Assembly (NCBI RefSeq): GCF_009914755.1
Contig: NC_060937.1
Source of the DNA: the human T2T-CHM13v2.0 reference genome, Homo sapiens
DNA length: 64,000 nt
Direction: 5' to 3' (one strand)
In this document: positions 1-13,865 of the stretch, piece after piece
How the letters are laid out: every line of letters starts with the position of its first letter
Position numbering within the stretch: position 1 is the first letter of the stretch
Translations under genes and position numbers: made by a program
The notes under the pieces: model-generated
The model's database searches: none
The model's input: only the letters and a program-made list of their open reading frames with translations
Told to the model about the DNA's origin: nothing

Positions 1-545
1 CCCAAAGAAATCCACAGTTTCTCCTAATTTCAATACAATTAAATTCAATCTTATACTTTCATTCGAAGTTATTAAATAACAGTCTTCCAAGATTATACCT
101 ACTTTGTATCAATGTTGTCTTATTCCCCACATTTTATTTCTTTAATCTCATTTAAAAAATATTATATAATTGAGATGGCCTGTGTTCTGATGACATTAAC
201 ATTTTAAAATAAATAATCAGTTCTTATAATAAAATCAAAAACACGAAAAGGACATTTTATATTACAAGTAAGATTAGGATGATTATCATGTACCAGACAA
301 AATTTAATTGCATGTTTAATGTTATAAATTCTGTCATGTATTTTACTCTAGAACACAAAGTATTACAAAGTATGTGTATATCAACATTATTTTATATAAT
401 TTAGTTGTATATGATTTATAATTGAAGATTTATATATTTTTATGCATTCACTATTTCTTGAATTCTAAAAATAGTAATCATATCAAGAATATTAATAAAT
501 GTATATTGACCATCTTTAATGGAAAATTACTTTGGTAAACACTAC

Positions 546-585
<40 letters not shown>
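546..585. repeat. (TA)n(GA)n compound microsatellite
   Basis: Direct read: atatata...tagagagag. Confidence 0.95.
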
Positions 586-599
586 TCTTTACAACAACC

Positions 600-755
600 C
601 TTTAAATGATATATTATTATGATCCTTACTTTACAGGTAAAAAGAGTGAAAATTAGAAAAGAAAAATAACTTGCTGAGGGCCACACAAATAGTAAATAAC
701 AGAACAGAGGCATCCATTCAGGTCTGGCTGAGTGTAAAAGATCATGCTTTACTGC
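600..755 (-). mobile_element. MIR fragment
   Basis: ttacaggtaaaaag...aataacttgctgagggccacacaaatagtaa resembles reverse MIR core. Confidence 0.65.
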
Positions 756-3217
756 CCTAGTCAGTTTTAATGAAACATAAAATGCATTAGTTTTGAGTTA
801 CTTGACATTTAAAAGTTAGACGTTAAGTAAAATATCAAGTGATATATTAGCATAATGTAAATCCATTAATTTTCAAATTTAAAAACACTATTGGTTGTGG
901 GTTGTTAAACATATCTCAAGAGAAAAATATCTTCATAAAATATGTGTAAGAAAGGTGTTTTTTTTCAAGAAAAGCAAGTTCAAAATCAAATGTCTAACTG
1001 GCTATAAATCATTCTGCAAAAGATGTGCATGGTAAAATTGTAATTTATAGTTCAATATCTCCCTCTGCTGTTGGCAAATACTAGTGAAAATCATTTAAGC
1101 ATGTACCTATATAAATGATATAATACTTTCATTCTTTTAAAACACTAAACCTCATTAAAATGTTTATAATCTTTTTCTCTGTCTTTGGAAATTGTGAATC
1201 CTAGATTATATTTAAGAAAACATTTTATTATTTTGAAATGTATACAAAACTGTTAAAAGTTAATTTATGGTGAATAATTTATATAATAAATTTACCCTTC
1301 CAAAATCAGTCTATTTCATAAAGCTGTTTCAGGTCAATACATGGCCTATTAATTGTCACTGGAATGCTAACACTTTTTTCTATTATATGATTGAAAATTA
1401 TTTAAAAATTACTTTAAATTTCATAGGTTTTCAGGATAGGATAAACTATGACTAAATATATCTTTTTTCAATATCTTTATTAGTAAATTTACAGCTCTAA
1501 ATTTAGTATTGAATACTATTTCATAATAACAAATAATACAAACCACAAATACAAAAAGTCACATCATAAATGATTTAAATAAAACATTATATTAGCAACA
1601 TTTTGTTCCCAAGGTAAAAGCAGAGCATAGACACTCAAAGGAATATATCATTATTTTGTATTTGCAAAGAATCTTTTGTGTTTTTAATAAGGTATTTACT
1701 AAAATTATATTTATTGTAGTAACATTATGTAGGTATCAATTAATCTTCTCTACTGTTTATGATAATTAAGAGAAAATAGAAACTTAATGAATAAAATATT
1801 TGGAAAATTATGTGTTTTTAATCACAGGAAACAAAGAAAATTAAGGTTAAATTAATATGTGGAAATCCAGGAAAAGTCATAAAGTGCTTTGCAATCCAGT
1901 AAAGTTAATTTAGCAATGGAATTAACTTATTATTTATATGAATATCAAGTTTAATGATTTACACAATGAAAGCTTAAACTTTTATTGTTGGCTCCCCGTT
2001 TTTATTTCTACTTTTTTTAAACCTCATATGGATTGCAATGAATTTTTATAATTCAGTTTATCTTAGCTTCATACAATAAAAATGAATCTCTGGCTTGCAC
2101 ATACTCCAATGCGGTTGTTTCTGGCCACTAATCTCTTGTGTGACTTTGCTCCAAGCAGTAATTAGAGTCATGCCTCTTTACATTTGTGGTGCTCACAGCT
2201 TCTAGGGCTGTTAAGTTATTCTAGTTATGGAGACAGAGAAAACGAGAGAGAGAGACTGAAGAATTGACAAACCGTTCTAGGGCTAGACCTAGAAGTGATG
2301 TATGTCATGTCCACTTCATTATATTGGAGCTCTGAATTAACTGGATATTGGTACAAACTAGAAGTTACCACTAGTATCATTTCTTCATTGTATTTGTCTC
2401 TGTCTGCAATTTGTTTTGAAATTACAGTGGTGTTAGTATTTTATATTTTTCTTAATTTATGAGCAAGATGTAGGTTTTCTTTTGATAAAATGTGAAATGT
2501 TCCCATTTCACCTAAAACTGAAAAAGAATATGATTAAATAGAAGCCCCTTCCAGAAAAGAAAAGCTTATGGAAAGCCTCACCTTTGATGTGAAGAAGTAA
2601 GAGAAAGAGGAAGAAAAGGATAAAACAAATATGTTAGAAAGATCACAGACTTCTGCTCCCTTCTCAACCCATTTCTTAAACTTGAAGAGGATGATAGTAA
2701 ATTCCAAATAAGTCCAAATAAAGTAATAATACAGAAAGTACCAGAAACACTGTTCTCCTGATGTGATCTGGTAGAGGTCATAAGTCTTCAAGAGAACTCT
2801 TTCATGTAACTATGTCCCACATGTGTTCCACATGAAGTGGACGCCTAAATAAATATTTGTCCGTGCATGTTGCTTGTGGCTTTCAAGAGATACTGAAGTT
2901 GTCAGGTGCCCTTTTGAGTTGATTAATACATGTTTGAAGATAAGTTTCAATTGTCAGTGCCAAAGTTTACATTCTTGCACATGTGTTTTTGTTATTTGAA
3001 AAAAACAACTTCCTGTTTTAGTTGTCCTTAAATGTAGCTAGACACATGCACTTTTCTCGTCTCAAGAGACATTTTCATCAAATTGTCAGCTAATATTTGT
3101 GATGGTAATAAATTTAGTATTATAAATTCATTGGAGAATATAAGCATTCTTATAGCCTTTCTTCCCACACTGGGATATGGCATGTGTTTCTATTTATTCA
3201 TGTCATTGAAAAATTAT

Positions 3218-3512
3218 TCTTCTTCTCTTTTTGAGACAAAGTCTTGCTCTGTCACCAGGCTGGAGTGCAGTGGCATGATCTCAGCTCACTGGGCAACATC
3301 CGTTTCCTGGGTTCAAGTGATTCTCCCGCCTCTGCCTCCCAAGTAGCTGGGATTACAGGCATGTGCCTCCATGCCTGGCTAATTTTTATATTTTAGTAGA
3401 GACAGAGTTTCACCGTGTTGGCCAAGATGGTCTCGATCTCCTGACCTCATGATCCGCCCGCCTCAGCCTCCCAAAGTGCTGGGATTACAGGCATGAGCCA
3501 CTGTGCCCGGCC
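3218..3512 (-). mobile_element. Alu (AluSc-like)
   Basis: Full reverse Alu; gtcaccagg and ctgacctcatgatcc (short form) are Sc-type features. Confidence 0.95.
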
Positions 3513-4487
3513 CATTAAAACTTTATAATTACATTCATAGATAATCACATATATTCTAGTTTTTTTAAACATAATTTTTGTAATCATAGAAGGCATTTGG
3601 TTTTTAACAGTTTTCTGTTTAATTTAGTGCACTCTTTTTGTGGCTCTTGTTTTTGAAACATTTTTCAGTTTCTTTCTGTATCTTTAATTTCAAAATGTTC
3701 CTTGTATAAAAATAAGCTCAAACTGGAGTTGCTTTGTAGATCATTTTAATCATGTACAAGGTTGCACAAAACATGTAATCATATTCCTTTGGGGTTAAAC
3801 ATGCACTAAAGTATACTATTATAATTGTATCAAAATTAGTTAATTATTTAATTTTATGAGTAACTTCTGACCAACTAAATGTTGACTAACTTTCTCATTT
3901 ATAACCTTTAACATGTCTAGAAATCATTATCAAAGCAACAAAATGGTTGGATAAATGTCAACTGTTTTTATATGTCCTTTAAAAGGCATCTGTGTAACAG
4001 ACATGCATTATTTGCAGTAATCACAAAGATCAAAGAGATACTTAGTACTCTGCCCCACGCATATGCAAAACAGTCAATTTAGTTTATATAATGAAAAACA
4101 GGTTGCCAAAAATATAACACTTGTCCATCTGTTCCTTCACTTTATGTGGAGCTTTATCCCAAAACCTCACGTAGATAAATCTGAGTAATTCTAAGTAATG
4201 CTGTCCTAGAGGCTTATTTCTTCACTTGAATGAATTTGCCCATAAGGCAACAATATTTAAAGCCTTCTCTGTTTAAAAAACATGTACTTCTTGGTAAGCT
4301 AAGTGATCTATAATTGAACATTATCTTTGATCTATGTTGCTATTGCAAATAGGAATGACAAATAAACCTAAATAAATATCTTATTTAAGAATTAGTAACA
4401 CAACAAAAATTTGTAGTTTTGTTTCAAAGTCAGTTTGAAAATCATTCATTGTGAAACGACTCACTGCTGCCCCACCATTAAATGACT

Positions 4488-4515
4488 ACACACACACCTA
4501 CACACACACACACAC
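4488..4515. repeat. interrupted (CA)n
   Basis: Direct read. Confidence 0.85.
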
Positions 4516-4649
4516 TCCTGCCTATATATCTATCCATCTCTATCCCTTTACCTTTGGCATCATTTTGAATTTTGATTTTTGGTTTTTTGAAAGCCAGATT
4601 TTGATATTCACTACTCTTCTCCTTTCATAGTTTATTTAAATGACAATCA

Positions 4650-5020
4650 TAAATTCATTCATCACTTTATTAAATAATCTGAGAACTTAATCATTGTCAG
4701 AACACTGGATGCTGTATACAGTCAACAAGAAAAAAGAATCCAGAACTTCTAGATTGTACTGTAATCAGAATAGCAATAGGAAAGATATGTACATATATAA
4801 TATAGTTGGTTAATAACAATTATGAATGATGATAATCTTTTTTTTTTTGTAATATGGGGACCTAACTGAATTTGAAAATTTAAGCAAGACTCCAAATAGA
4901 AGTGACATTTATGCTGAAGCTTCCAGAAAAATTAGTCATAAAAGGGCTCATTGATTGTGTGTGTGTTTGCAGGAGAGAGAGTGTTTGTTGAAAAAAGAGA
5001 CAATATATGTGGGATTCTGG
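4650..5020 (-). mobile_element. L2 3' fragments
   Basis: attcattc...gagaacttaatcattgtcagaacactg and gaagtgacatttatgctgaag resemble reverse L2 3' end. Confidence 0.45.
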
Positions 5021-5510
5021 CAGTTTCAGTCCTCATTAGTCAACATTTGGGTGGGAAACTATGAGCTGTACACATTGAAGATTAAAGATTTTCATATACT
5101 CTGCTTCCTCTGAACAGCAAGGCCAAATGTGTAACTGCGGATGCCTCTTTATTTTTTTCCCCAGAGCTAAAATAAATAAAAACACACATAATGTATCATG
5201 CCATGAAATGTGCATGGTAAACTTTGAAAAATAAATATAAGTGAAAGGAATTTTAATGATGGAAGGGCTTTCTGCTCCCAATTCAACTCTTAAGAAGCCA
5301 TGAAATAAGGCATAAGTATGGATCTTATAAATCTTATAAACTAATACAAAATTCTGACAATGCCTGGGCAAACAAAGCTTCCATAATATGATATATGTCC
5401 AGGTGAAGACAGCTTGTAATAGAAAATATCTGGGTATAGCAGACTAAGTTAAGCAAAAGTTTTTAAATGGCGCTCTTGCTTCATTCCATTTTTACTTAGG
5501 AGAACTATTC

Positions 5511-5818
5511 TGTTTTGTTTTGTTTTGTTTTGTTTGAGATAGAGTCTTGCTCTGTGGCTCAGGCTGGAGTACAGTAGGCATGATCTCAGCTCACTGCAAC
5601 ATCCATCTCCTGGGTTCAAGGGATTCTCCTATCTCAGCCTCCTGAGCAGCTGAGATTACCGGTGTGTGCCACCATGCCTGGCTAAATTTTGCATTTTTAA
5701 TAGAGACAGGGTTTTGCCATGTTGGCCAGGCTGGTCCCGAACTCCTGATCTCAGGTGAACTGCCTGCTTTGGCCTCCCAAAGTGCTGGGATTACAGGCGT
5801 GAGCCACCACGCCCATCC
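5511..5818 (-). mobile_element. Alu (AluSx/Sz-like)
   Basis: Reverse Alu with (TTTTG)n tail, ctcaggtga form; degenerate TSD aggagaactatt/aggacacctatt. Confidence 0.95.
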
Positions 5819-7944
5819 AGGACACCTATTTCGTACCCATTTTTCCGCAATAGAGAAATTAGCAGCTATAGCCAAGGGTGAGAGGTGTGTGTGGAGGACA
5901 CAATTCAATAGAGAAGCCATGAAGAGCTACAGAGCTGATGAAAGTACAGGTTGCCTGGCCAGCTGCTATCAGCCCCTTCATATTTTCTGCTTGATTCTTT
6001 CAGATGATAGAGAATATTCTCTTTCCAGAATAATCAACTGGTAGATTGGCCATGCATGAGGATTATTGATATGGATCACACAACATGGTTGTGTGGCTAC
6101 TTCAGGTGCTATCACTTAACAATTCCTAACAGGTCACTTCTAGTCTTATGCCTGCAGGAAGGTTTTGGGGAAAAACAAACAAACAAGCAAACAAAAAAAC
6201 TTCCTATAATGGGTCCGGACCTGCCATTTCCCTCTCGGCATACATCTTGTTCATGACCAACAATTGGTCATCCTTTGCCCAAAAAATTTACAGGAGTTAG
6301 TCATTCTTCACAAAGTCTAGTTCCCTAGACTAGACTATCATCAGATACCTAGCCTACAGTCTTTAATTTGTAGCTTTCCTGGTTTGGGTCTAGCCTAAGT
6401 GCATCACTCAGAATCAAGAGGCACAGGTTAAGTTCTGAGTGGTCTCCTGGAAGCCCTTCTCACTATAAATGAGAATAAATAACATATTTGTCATCTCCAT
6501 GTAGATTTAAGAAAATGCCACCAAATCCTAAAATTTTCCAAAGAGATCATCTCTTCTTTCCCAATAACCCCAAACTTATTTATACTCTGAAGGCTTATGG
6601 TGACTCTGCCTCTCTAAACAGGTTTATACATATCTTCCTACAAGTCTTGCATACATTAATTACCATCTCATTTTGGATATGGAGATACTTAACCAAATAC
6701 TGATATATCTTGGTCTTCTGATGCCTCAATCCAAAGCAGTTAGAACAATTTCCATTTTAACAGAGTCTTACAATATTAAACTGAAATGAGAATATGATAT
6801 CATCTAAGGACTTTCACTCAATTTCCTGCACTTGAGCTCCAATAAAGAAATATCAATTTAATTTGATTTTCATGTTTTTGTAAATATTCTTTTGTAATAT
6901 CCATTGTGCCATTTAACTCCTGGAAATGGGGTGAAGAAAATTCTACGTCAAAAACAGGGAAGATATAACACATGGGAAAAAAGAGTGGACCAAAAAGATT
7001 GACAACCAAAAAAAAAAAAAATCTGGAAAGGAAGTAGATGCCTAGACAAATGTGCCCTGACTTGCTTCTGTGTCCCCAGGTCATGTAGAAGAATGTACTA
7101 AGGAGACTGAATGGAATTCTAAGGGCAAGGGTGTTTTTCTACCATCTCTATTTTGAACTCTGGAAGAAGCCCCTTTCTCATAGTTTTTCCTGTTCAAAAA
7201 TGTGTGGAGCATTGTGTCTGGAATGTTGACTCAGTGGTGACAGGAGAGGCAGATATTTTGATAAATCTAATATGCCATCCTCCTCTTCACTGGAGAACTT
7301 GAATGATCTTGGATGTGAGAGGAGAGCTGGTAGGCTTGTATCAGGACAAAGAAGTCAGGGTATAAAAGAAATTTGTATTACTGCAGCAGCAGATTCCTGC
7401 GTGGTGTTCCCTATTAGGCCAAATAGAATCTGTATATCTCATTAAAAGCCAGTCTGGAAATAGAATAGATGAGATAATCCGTAGCAAAGACTAATGGGAA
7501 TCTGAGATTCCATTGACTGGAAAGTTTAACATGTGGTTCTTGGTGTGCCCCTCTCGACCCACACACACAAACACTCACCAACATAGGGACACCCAAAGGG
7601 GAGGAAGACTCAAGGAAGAGGAATTAAGTTATAAATTACTTATTGTTTGCCTAACTGAAGTGTAATGGTCGAATGGTTGAATTGTAACCTGTCACATTAG
7701 ACCAGAATAATAAAACATTTGACAGACTATCATTCAGATTATTAAAATAATTTATCTAATTTATCATAAATATCCTAAAGAAAATATCTTTATTATTTCT
7801 GAATGATTAAAATGACCACGTTAGATAATATGAGAGAAAGTGAATAAAAGATGATTATTTTATTTGCCTGAACACCAAATTGAAAGCCAATAATTAGTTA
7901 TAATTGTAATGTTCATAGCGCACATTGACTTTCCACAGTACTTG

Positions 7945-8711
7945 CGTCGGAGACATTTGGACAAGAGCAAATCCATCTTGAACAGGTGCTCGGTAAAATG
8001 AGGCTGAGACCTACTGGGCTGTATTCCTAGGAGGATGGGCATTCTTAGTCAACAGGATATTCACAGTTAAGGAAATAGGTTAATAATGTTTACTGAACAG
8101 ACCCGGGACTTAATAGAGCCAGGGAATGTCCTGATGATACCTTAAGAGCAAAATATTCTTAGTCTAAGAATAAGCTTTGCTTTAAAGATGATAATATAGA
8201 TTCTTGCAGAAGACAGAATCAGAAGACTCTGCTGATAAAACAGGATGCAGTAAAGAAGCCAGACAAAATGTGCCAAAATTAGAAGGGCAATGAAAGTGAC
8301 TTCTGGTCGTCCTTACTGCTCATTATACGCTGATTATAATACATTAACATGCTAAAACACGCTCTCACCAGCGCCATGATAGTTCACAAACGCCATTGCA
8401 ATGTCCCGGAGTTACCCTATATGGTCTGAAAAGAGGGGGAACCATCAGTTCTGAGAAATCTGCATCCCTTTCCTGGAAAACTCATGAATAATCCACCCCT
8501 TGATTAGCATATAATCAATAAATAACCATATGTATATTCAGTCAAGCAGCCTATGCTGCTACTCTGCCTATGAAGTAGCCACCGTTTTATTATTTTATTT
8601 TCTTAATAAACTTGCTTTTACTTTCTTCTGTGGCCTCGTCCCCATTTATTTCTTGCATGGGATCTAAGAATTCTCTCTTGGGGTCCGAATCAGGACCCCT
8701 TTCTGGTAACA
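7945..8711 (+). mobile_element. MER41-family ERV1 solo LTR (long variant, MER41C/D/E-like)
   Basis: tccatcttgaacagg...aaaatgaggctgagacctactgggctg start; aataaa then ggacccctttctggtaaca end; 4-bp TSD cttg/cgtg. Confidence 0.9.
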
Positions 8712-9474
8712 CGTGCATTCTTTGATAGTAAGTGCCAAAACTCCAGCTTTGTAGAGATGTGATATAATTAAAAGGAATACAGAATTATCTAACATTGAAA
8801 CTTTAAGTTACCTTGAGTTAATATTTTGTATAATATATGACAGATGTTGAGTATTTCTGTGTTTCATTTGAAAATATAAAATGTCTTATTGCACCCCTAA
8901 AAGTTCACTGTGGTACGCTCAACACACATTTTGGGAACCACAGATACAGGATATATTCAGAGTAAGAAGTAGAATTAAGTAATGTTGATGGAATGGGTTT
9001 ACTAAATGTATTTAATTTATGTAATGAAAATTCAACTGAAATTTACAAATTGAGGTGAAGCTACCTGATTTTAAAATAGTAATGATGAAACGTTTTTGGT
9101 CAATTCTGACTACTTAAATAAAGGTTATTTTACTTATTTCTTTTTAGTAAAAATGAGACAAATGATCTGTATAATAAAGTTTACTTTAATAATTTAGCAG
9201 AGCACTTCATTCTAATGTGAGTAACACAGTGTAAGTCCAATTTAGGAAAATGTCAAACATTAATAATCACTCTTTTAATATGAAAATTATAAACTCACAT
9301 ATATCTGTTTTAAAACATTTGAGGCCAAGCTGTCAAAAAGTCAATATTGTATTTTTAAAAATCCCAGAACATCCTTATTATTTTCTGCTTACCATTTACT
9401 TCATCTATCACAAATGTGAATGCATTAATAAGGGTACAAATTGCACACTTACCCAAAATAGCACATAATGACAA

Positions 9475-9945
9475 GTATGCTAGATTGTCAGAAAATATGG
9501 CCACCAACAAATCTTTCCATCCTTACACACCATCAAGAGGTAGAATTAATGTCCCTATGCTTTGAATCTGAACTAGACTTTAAATGCATTTTCATCATTG
9601 GAATTTTGGAAGTTAGTTACAGACTTAGGTTTTAAGAAGCTTGCAGCTTTCACATTTGTTCCACAGGGCTTGGATACTATATAAGCCTTTTCATTCTCCT
9701 GCTAGAGACCAAGGCCTAACAAGCTGAGATGTTAGACATATAAGCACAACTGCCTTGAATCTTCCAAGGACAGGAGAGTTTTTGCTAGATTCAGCTGCAT
9801 GAACAATTCCAGCCAGCAGCATATGTAACAGAATTGCCTAGGTCAGCCCAAACAATCCACAGAACCATGAGCAATAATAAACATTTTTTTGAAAAATCTC
9901 CCTCTTTTAGGATTATTTGTTATGGGCAACACTCAAAGAAAACAA
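9475..9945 (+). mobile_element. MLT1-family (MLT1G/H-like) MaLR LTR
   Basis: atggccaccaaca...catcaagaggtaga...tttgaatctg; ccacagaaccatgagcaataataaa near end. Confidence 0.7.
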
Positions 9946-10023
9946 AGTGATACAAAAAATGGGGGTAATTTCATATTATTTTAAAGAAATGATTGACATC
10001 CATGTGTCTCTAATGTATATACA

Positions 10024-10533
10024 TGTCTAGACATTAACAACGGATGTCTTCCAGACTATCTTTTCAAGACTGTTCTGACAAACGGATAGCCTTGGAAGAT
10101 AGAGATGACTCATTGACCTGGAACAGATTTGCTTACATTCTAGGACAGTAAAAATAGAAATATCTCCTTCCCTGTAGCAGATTTGAATGACATTCCAAGG
10201 TAATAAAGATAATGTCTTTTCACTGAATGGGAGGATAGGCAAGTTGGCCAAGAGAGCGCAAAGAAGATTGGGCCTTCCATCATGGGTGTTTTATAACAAT
10301 TCACACTGTGTGTGCAGGAAATACCTGGTCCTCATTTCATTACCCTGCATGAATTTTGTTTCGGGAAAGGGCAAAATATTTAATGCTGAGTACCGCTCTA
10401 GCTATGAGTAGTAAACTGCGTTGTTTGTGACCCAGGAGCTTCATAGTTTCTGCTAATATCTGTACGACTATCACAGTCTAATTCATTAGCAAAAAAACAA
10501 CATATATTCTCAGATGCTTCCTAGTACCTGACA
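10024..10533 (+). mobile_element. old ERVL-class solo LTR, subfamily unresolved
   Basis: TG...CA ends; agtaaa followed by tgacccaggag...tctcagatgcttc...ctgaca resembles an ERVL LTR 3' part. Confidence 0.5.
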
Positions 10534-11597
10534 GTGACTTTCTCCCTAGTGGTACTGTTTCAAAGAGTTAGAGAGTGAGAAAACCCCTGCTACTCATACT
10601 AATTGTGTGGATTTTTATGTACCTGTAATTAAGTAATGATTGATGTGGCAATTTAGGGTAATCAAGAGGAAATATAAACTGACCTATCAACAAAGTGTTC
10701 ATTTTACATAGAATGAAAATAATTATATTAGCTACTGTGAAATTATACTAACTAGTTTTATGGAGTTATGAAAAAGATTGACTAGGGTCAAGAGATCTTT
10801 TAGAGGTCAGCGCTAAATGTGTAAGTTTGTAGGTAGAGTTTTACATAAAGGAATTTAGAATCTTTTGGTTATATCTGTTGAAGCATGACAGTTGGAGAAT
10901 ATTTTCAGTTTTGTTTCATGGTAGAGAAAACTTTATGCCCAAGTCAGGATGTATACTGTAACTGATGAGAAAAAGTGATGAAGACAATTGAGTCGTTACG
11001 GCACACGGAATGAACCCAAACTCATGTTGCCTTTAGGTTTAATTTTGTGTGTTGGGGGGTGGGGTGTTAATTGTTGATCTGTGGATAGAGAGATTATAAG
11101 CAAATTGTCAAGAAGCTGTCTTCAAGGAGAGCTCGATGATACAAAGTTTTGGGTGGGAAGTTCACAGGTTATACTGATTTGTTTGCTTGTTAATATGTGA
11201 CAAAGCCTGGATCAAAAGGGAGAAATGTCCACTTTTAAACAGGATACTGAACTCCTCTGGGGCTTAAACAGCAAAGACATAGGCAGCCTCTGGCAATAAT
11301 GAGATAATCTCAACGTAATAGAGAGGACATTGGCAATCAGAAGCTACAAAAGGAGAGGAAAAGGAGATTGTTTGAGTAACATTAATTGACTGTTTTATAA
11401 GCATCAGTGAAACACTAGAAAGTAACAGGTACTTGGAGGATGCAGTGGCTTGGGATATGAATAAGACAAAGTGGGTAACTTGTCTTAATTCACATATTAG
11501 TTAAGTTTAAGAATATTTAAATTCCAGTATGTATTGTTAGATTTTAGAAGTTTTTAGTCATTGCTCTTTCTTTTGTTAGTTGGTATATATCACTAAT

Positions 11598-11983
11598 ATG
11601 AAACTTGCAGATACTGGGATGAAATCCTTTTTAGTCAAAGCCAGGAGAAAAAAAGGGGAGGGTTCATGCTTGTATGCTGGAGACAAAGACTGTCTCAAGG
11701 ACTTTCTAAACTAACCCCAGATTGAAAGAACACCTACCCAATAATGGCATCTCCACCAATGAACTGGTACTAACTCTGTCACTGACTCTGTGAAACCAAT
11801 GAACTCTGTTTCCAAGCAGTTTATGTGAACTTCACTTTTTGCCAATGAAAGTTTCCCTTTACTCTCCCCTCTTCAGATGCGTTTGTGGCGTGACATAGCT
11901 GTGCATCTTATGTTTTAATTCTCACTTCTAAATCCCAGATAAATTCCACATATTTGGAAGAATTTCTGATTTTTTGACTGACA
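11598..11983 (+). mobile_element. LTR47-like solo LTR
   Basis: gatactgggatgaaatc...caaggactttctaaa...accaatgaactctgtttccaagcag. Confidence 0.7.
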
Positions 11984-12707
11984 CTAAGACTGCCAAAATA
12001 AAGATACTTGCTTCACCCATCTAATTTTCAATATCACATATTTCTAACCAATTGAAATGCTTTTCCTGCAAGCGTATATTAATTTGGAGAGAAGGATACA
12101 TATATTGAAAAGTCTTAATTTTAGAATTAATAAAATACAGAAAAATTTTATAGGCATGTGTTCTTAGTTTGATGTTTTATATTATGTGAAATTTAACATA
12201 TGTGAAACTATTTCTAAAGGAAATTAGAAGGTTTTACTCAATTGTGGTTAAGTAATATGTACTGATGAATAAATCATTTTATTTAAAATAATTGAAGACA
12301 TCTAGTTTTAAAATGTCATTCACCAAGCAAATAGTTTTAGTGAGATTTGGAGGTAATCTAAGCTTAATATGCATACCAAGTGATAGGTTCTTTGAAAGTA
12401 CTACACAAATAAACAATAGGTTATTTTTATTTTAAATACAAAAATATTCTAAACTTGGTGAGCATAACTGGATTTCCTTACATTCTGTGACTTTATTAGT
12501 GCAGATTTTATATTTCTGTCTATTTTTTGTCATGAATAATGTGTCTTAAATATTTCAGTAAGTTGCATTTGCTATATGTTATTTTTATAGGGTTAATAAA
12601 ATAAACTGTATAAACACATAAGTATTTGTAAATTTATAAATATTGATAGAAATTAAATATGTATTGTTCAAATGAGTTTAATTTTTTCTTAATGTCATAA
12701 TATTGCA

Positions 12708-12726
12708 AGTGCTGCCATCTGCTGGA
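12708..12726 (-). promoter_or_regulatory. CTCF core motif
   Basis: Reverse complement TCCAGCAGATGGCAGCACT matches CCASYAGRKGGCRS. Confidence 0.6.
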
Positions 12727-13189
12727 TAAGAGCTATCATAGACATGGCAAAGCAAGGCAATATATGGTTCTATGTTCGATAAAAGAGAATGCCTTATAAA
12801 ACTTCCAAGTTACCCCTAGTGTCTATAAAATCAGGGAATAGACCATTAAGAGATTGGCTAATATTTTTTAAATGTTTCATATATTTGGTTTTTAAATTAT
12901 ATCAATTCATCGATAGTTATTGATTGTGAAACCAATATCACTTCCTTGCAACCTTCAATAAATTGCACTGTGTCTTCTAAAGCGTTACAGCAGGCTCAGT
13001 TTTGGACATCAACAGATCAAGGAGTAGATGTTTTATGCATATGCCTGATACCACCAATTTTGCTTGGTTCACAGTCTGCAGGCAATTGAAAATATTATTT
13101 TGATTTCATGTTCTCAATTGAAAATACTATTTTAAATTTGTGTTCTCAGTTGAAAAATATTGTTTATCTACATATTCAAATTCATGTAA

Positions 13190-13352
13190 ACATATACATA
13201 CATACTGCATATATATGTATGTGTGTATTATATATATACATATACTCTTATATATGTGTGTATATGTATGTACACATACCCTCTACAAATTTGATATATG
13301 TATGTATCTATCATATAAAAATATAGGTTGCTAATGATTTATGTATGTATGT
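13190..13352. repeat. (TA)/(TG) low-complexity repeat
   Basis: Direct read. Confidence 0.8.
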
Positions 13353-13485
13353 GATTATTCTCAAATTTTAAAGTCATTATAAAATTTTAAAAATATCCAA
13401 ATATGAGGCATTTTTCTACTTTGATATTTTAAAATATCATATATATGAAATGATACTTTTACAAAGATTGTAATTAAAAGCTCTA

Positions 13486-13865
13486 CAATAAGCCAGGCAC
13501 AGCATGATCTCACTTATTGGTGGAATCTAACAAAGTTGGACTCATAGAAATAGAGAGTCGAACAGTGGTTACCAGGAGCTGGGGCAGTGAGGCTGGGGAG
13601 ATGTTGGTCAAAGGATAGAAAATTTCTTTTAGATAGGAGGAATAAATTCAAGAGATCTATTTTACAACAAGATGACTATAGTTAGTAACAATGAATTGTA
13701 TTCTTGAAAATTGCTAAGAGAGTAGATTTCAAGTCTTACCAAAAAAATGATAAAGAGGTGAGGTAACGCATGTGCTGTTTAGCTCAACTTATCCATTCCA
13801 CATAGTTCAAAACTTATTGTACATGACAAATATATGTACTTTTTATTTATCAACTGAAAAAAATA
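13486..13865 (+). mobile_element. L1MA (L1MA8-like) 3' end
   Basis: ggggagatgttggtcaaaggata...agataggaggaataaattcaagagatcta...ttgctaagagagtagatt. Confidence 0.85.

Noticed and set aside
5591-6044. 109-126 aa ORFs, and similar ORFs at 3083, 19644, 29608, 58664 and 62062
   Set aside because: Translations of Alu sequence ([29 protein letters not shown]), not genes
5820-7800. More complex stretch that might be an old ERV/Gypsy internal region or LTR
   Set aside because: No gag, pol or LTR motif recognised with confidence; needs a Dfam search
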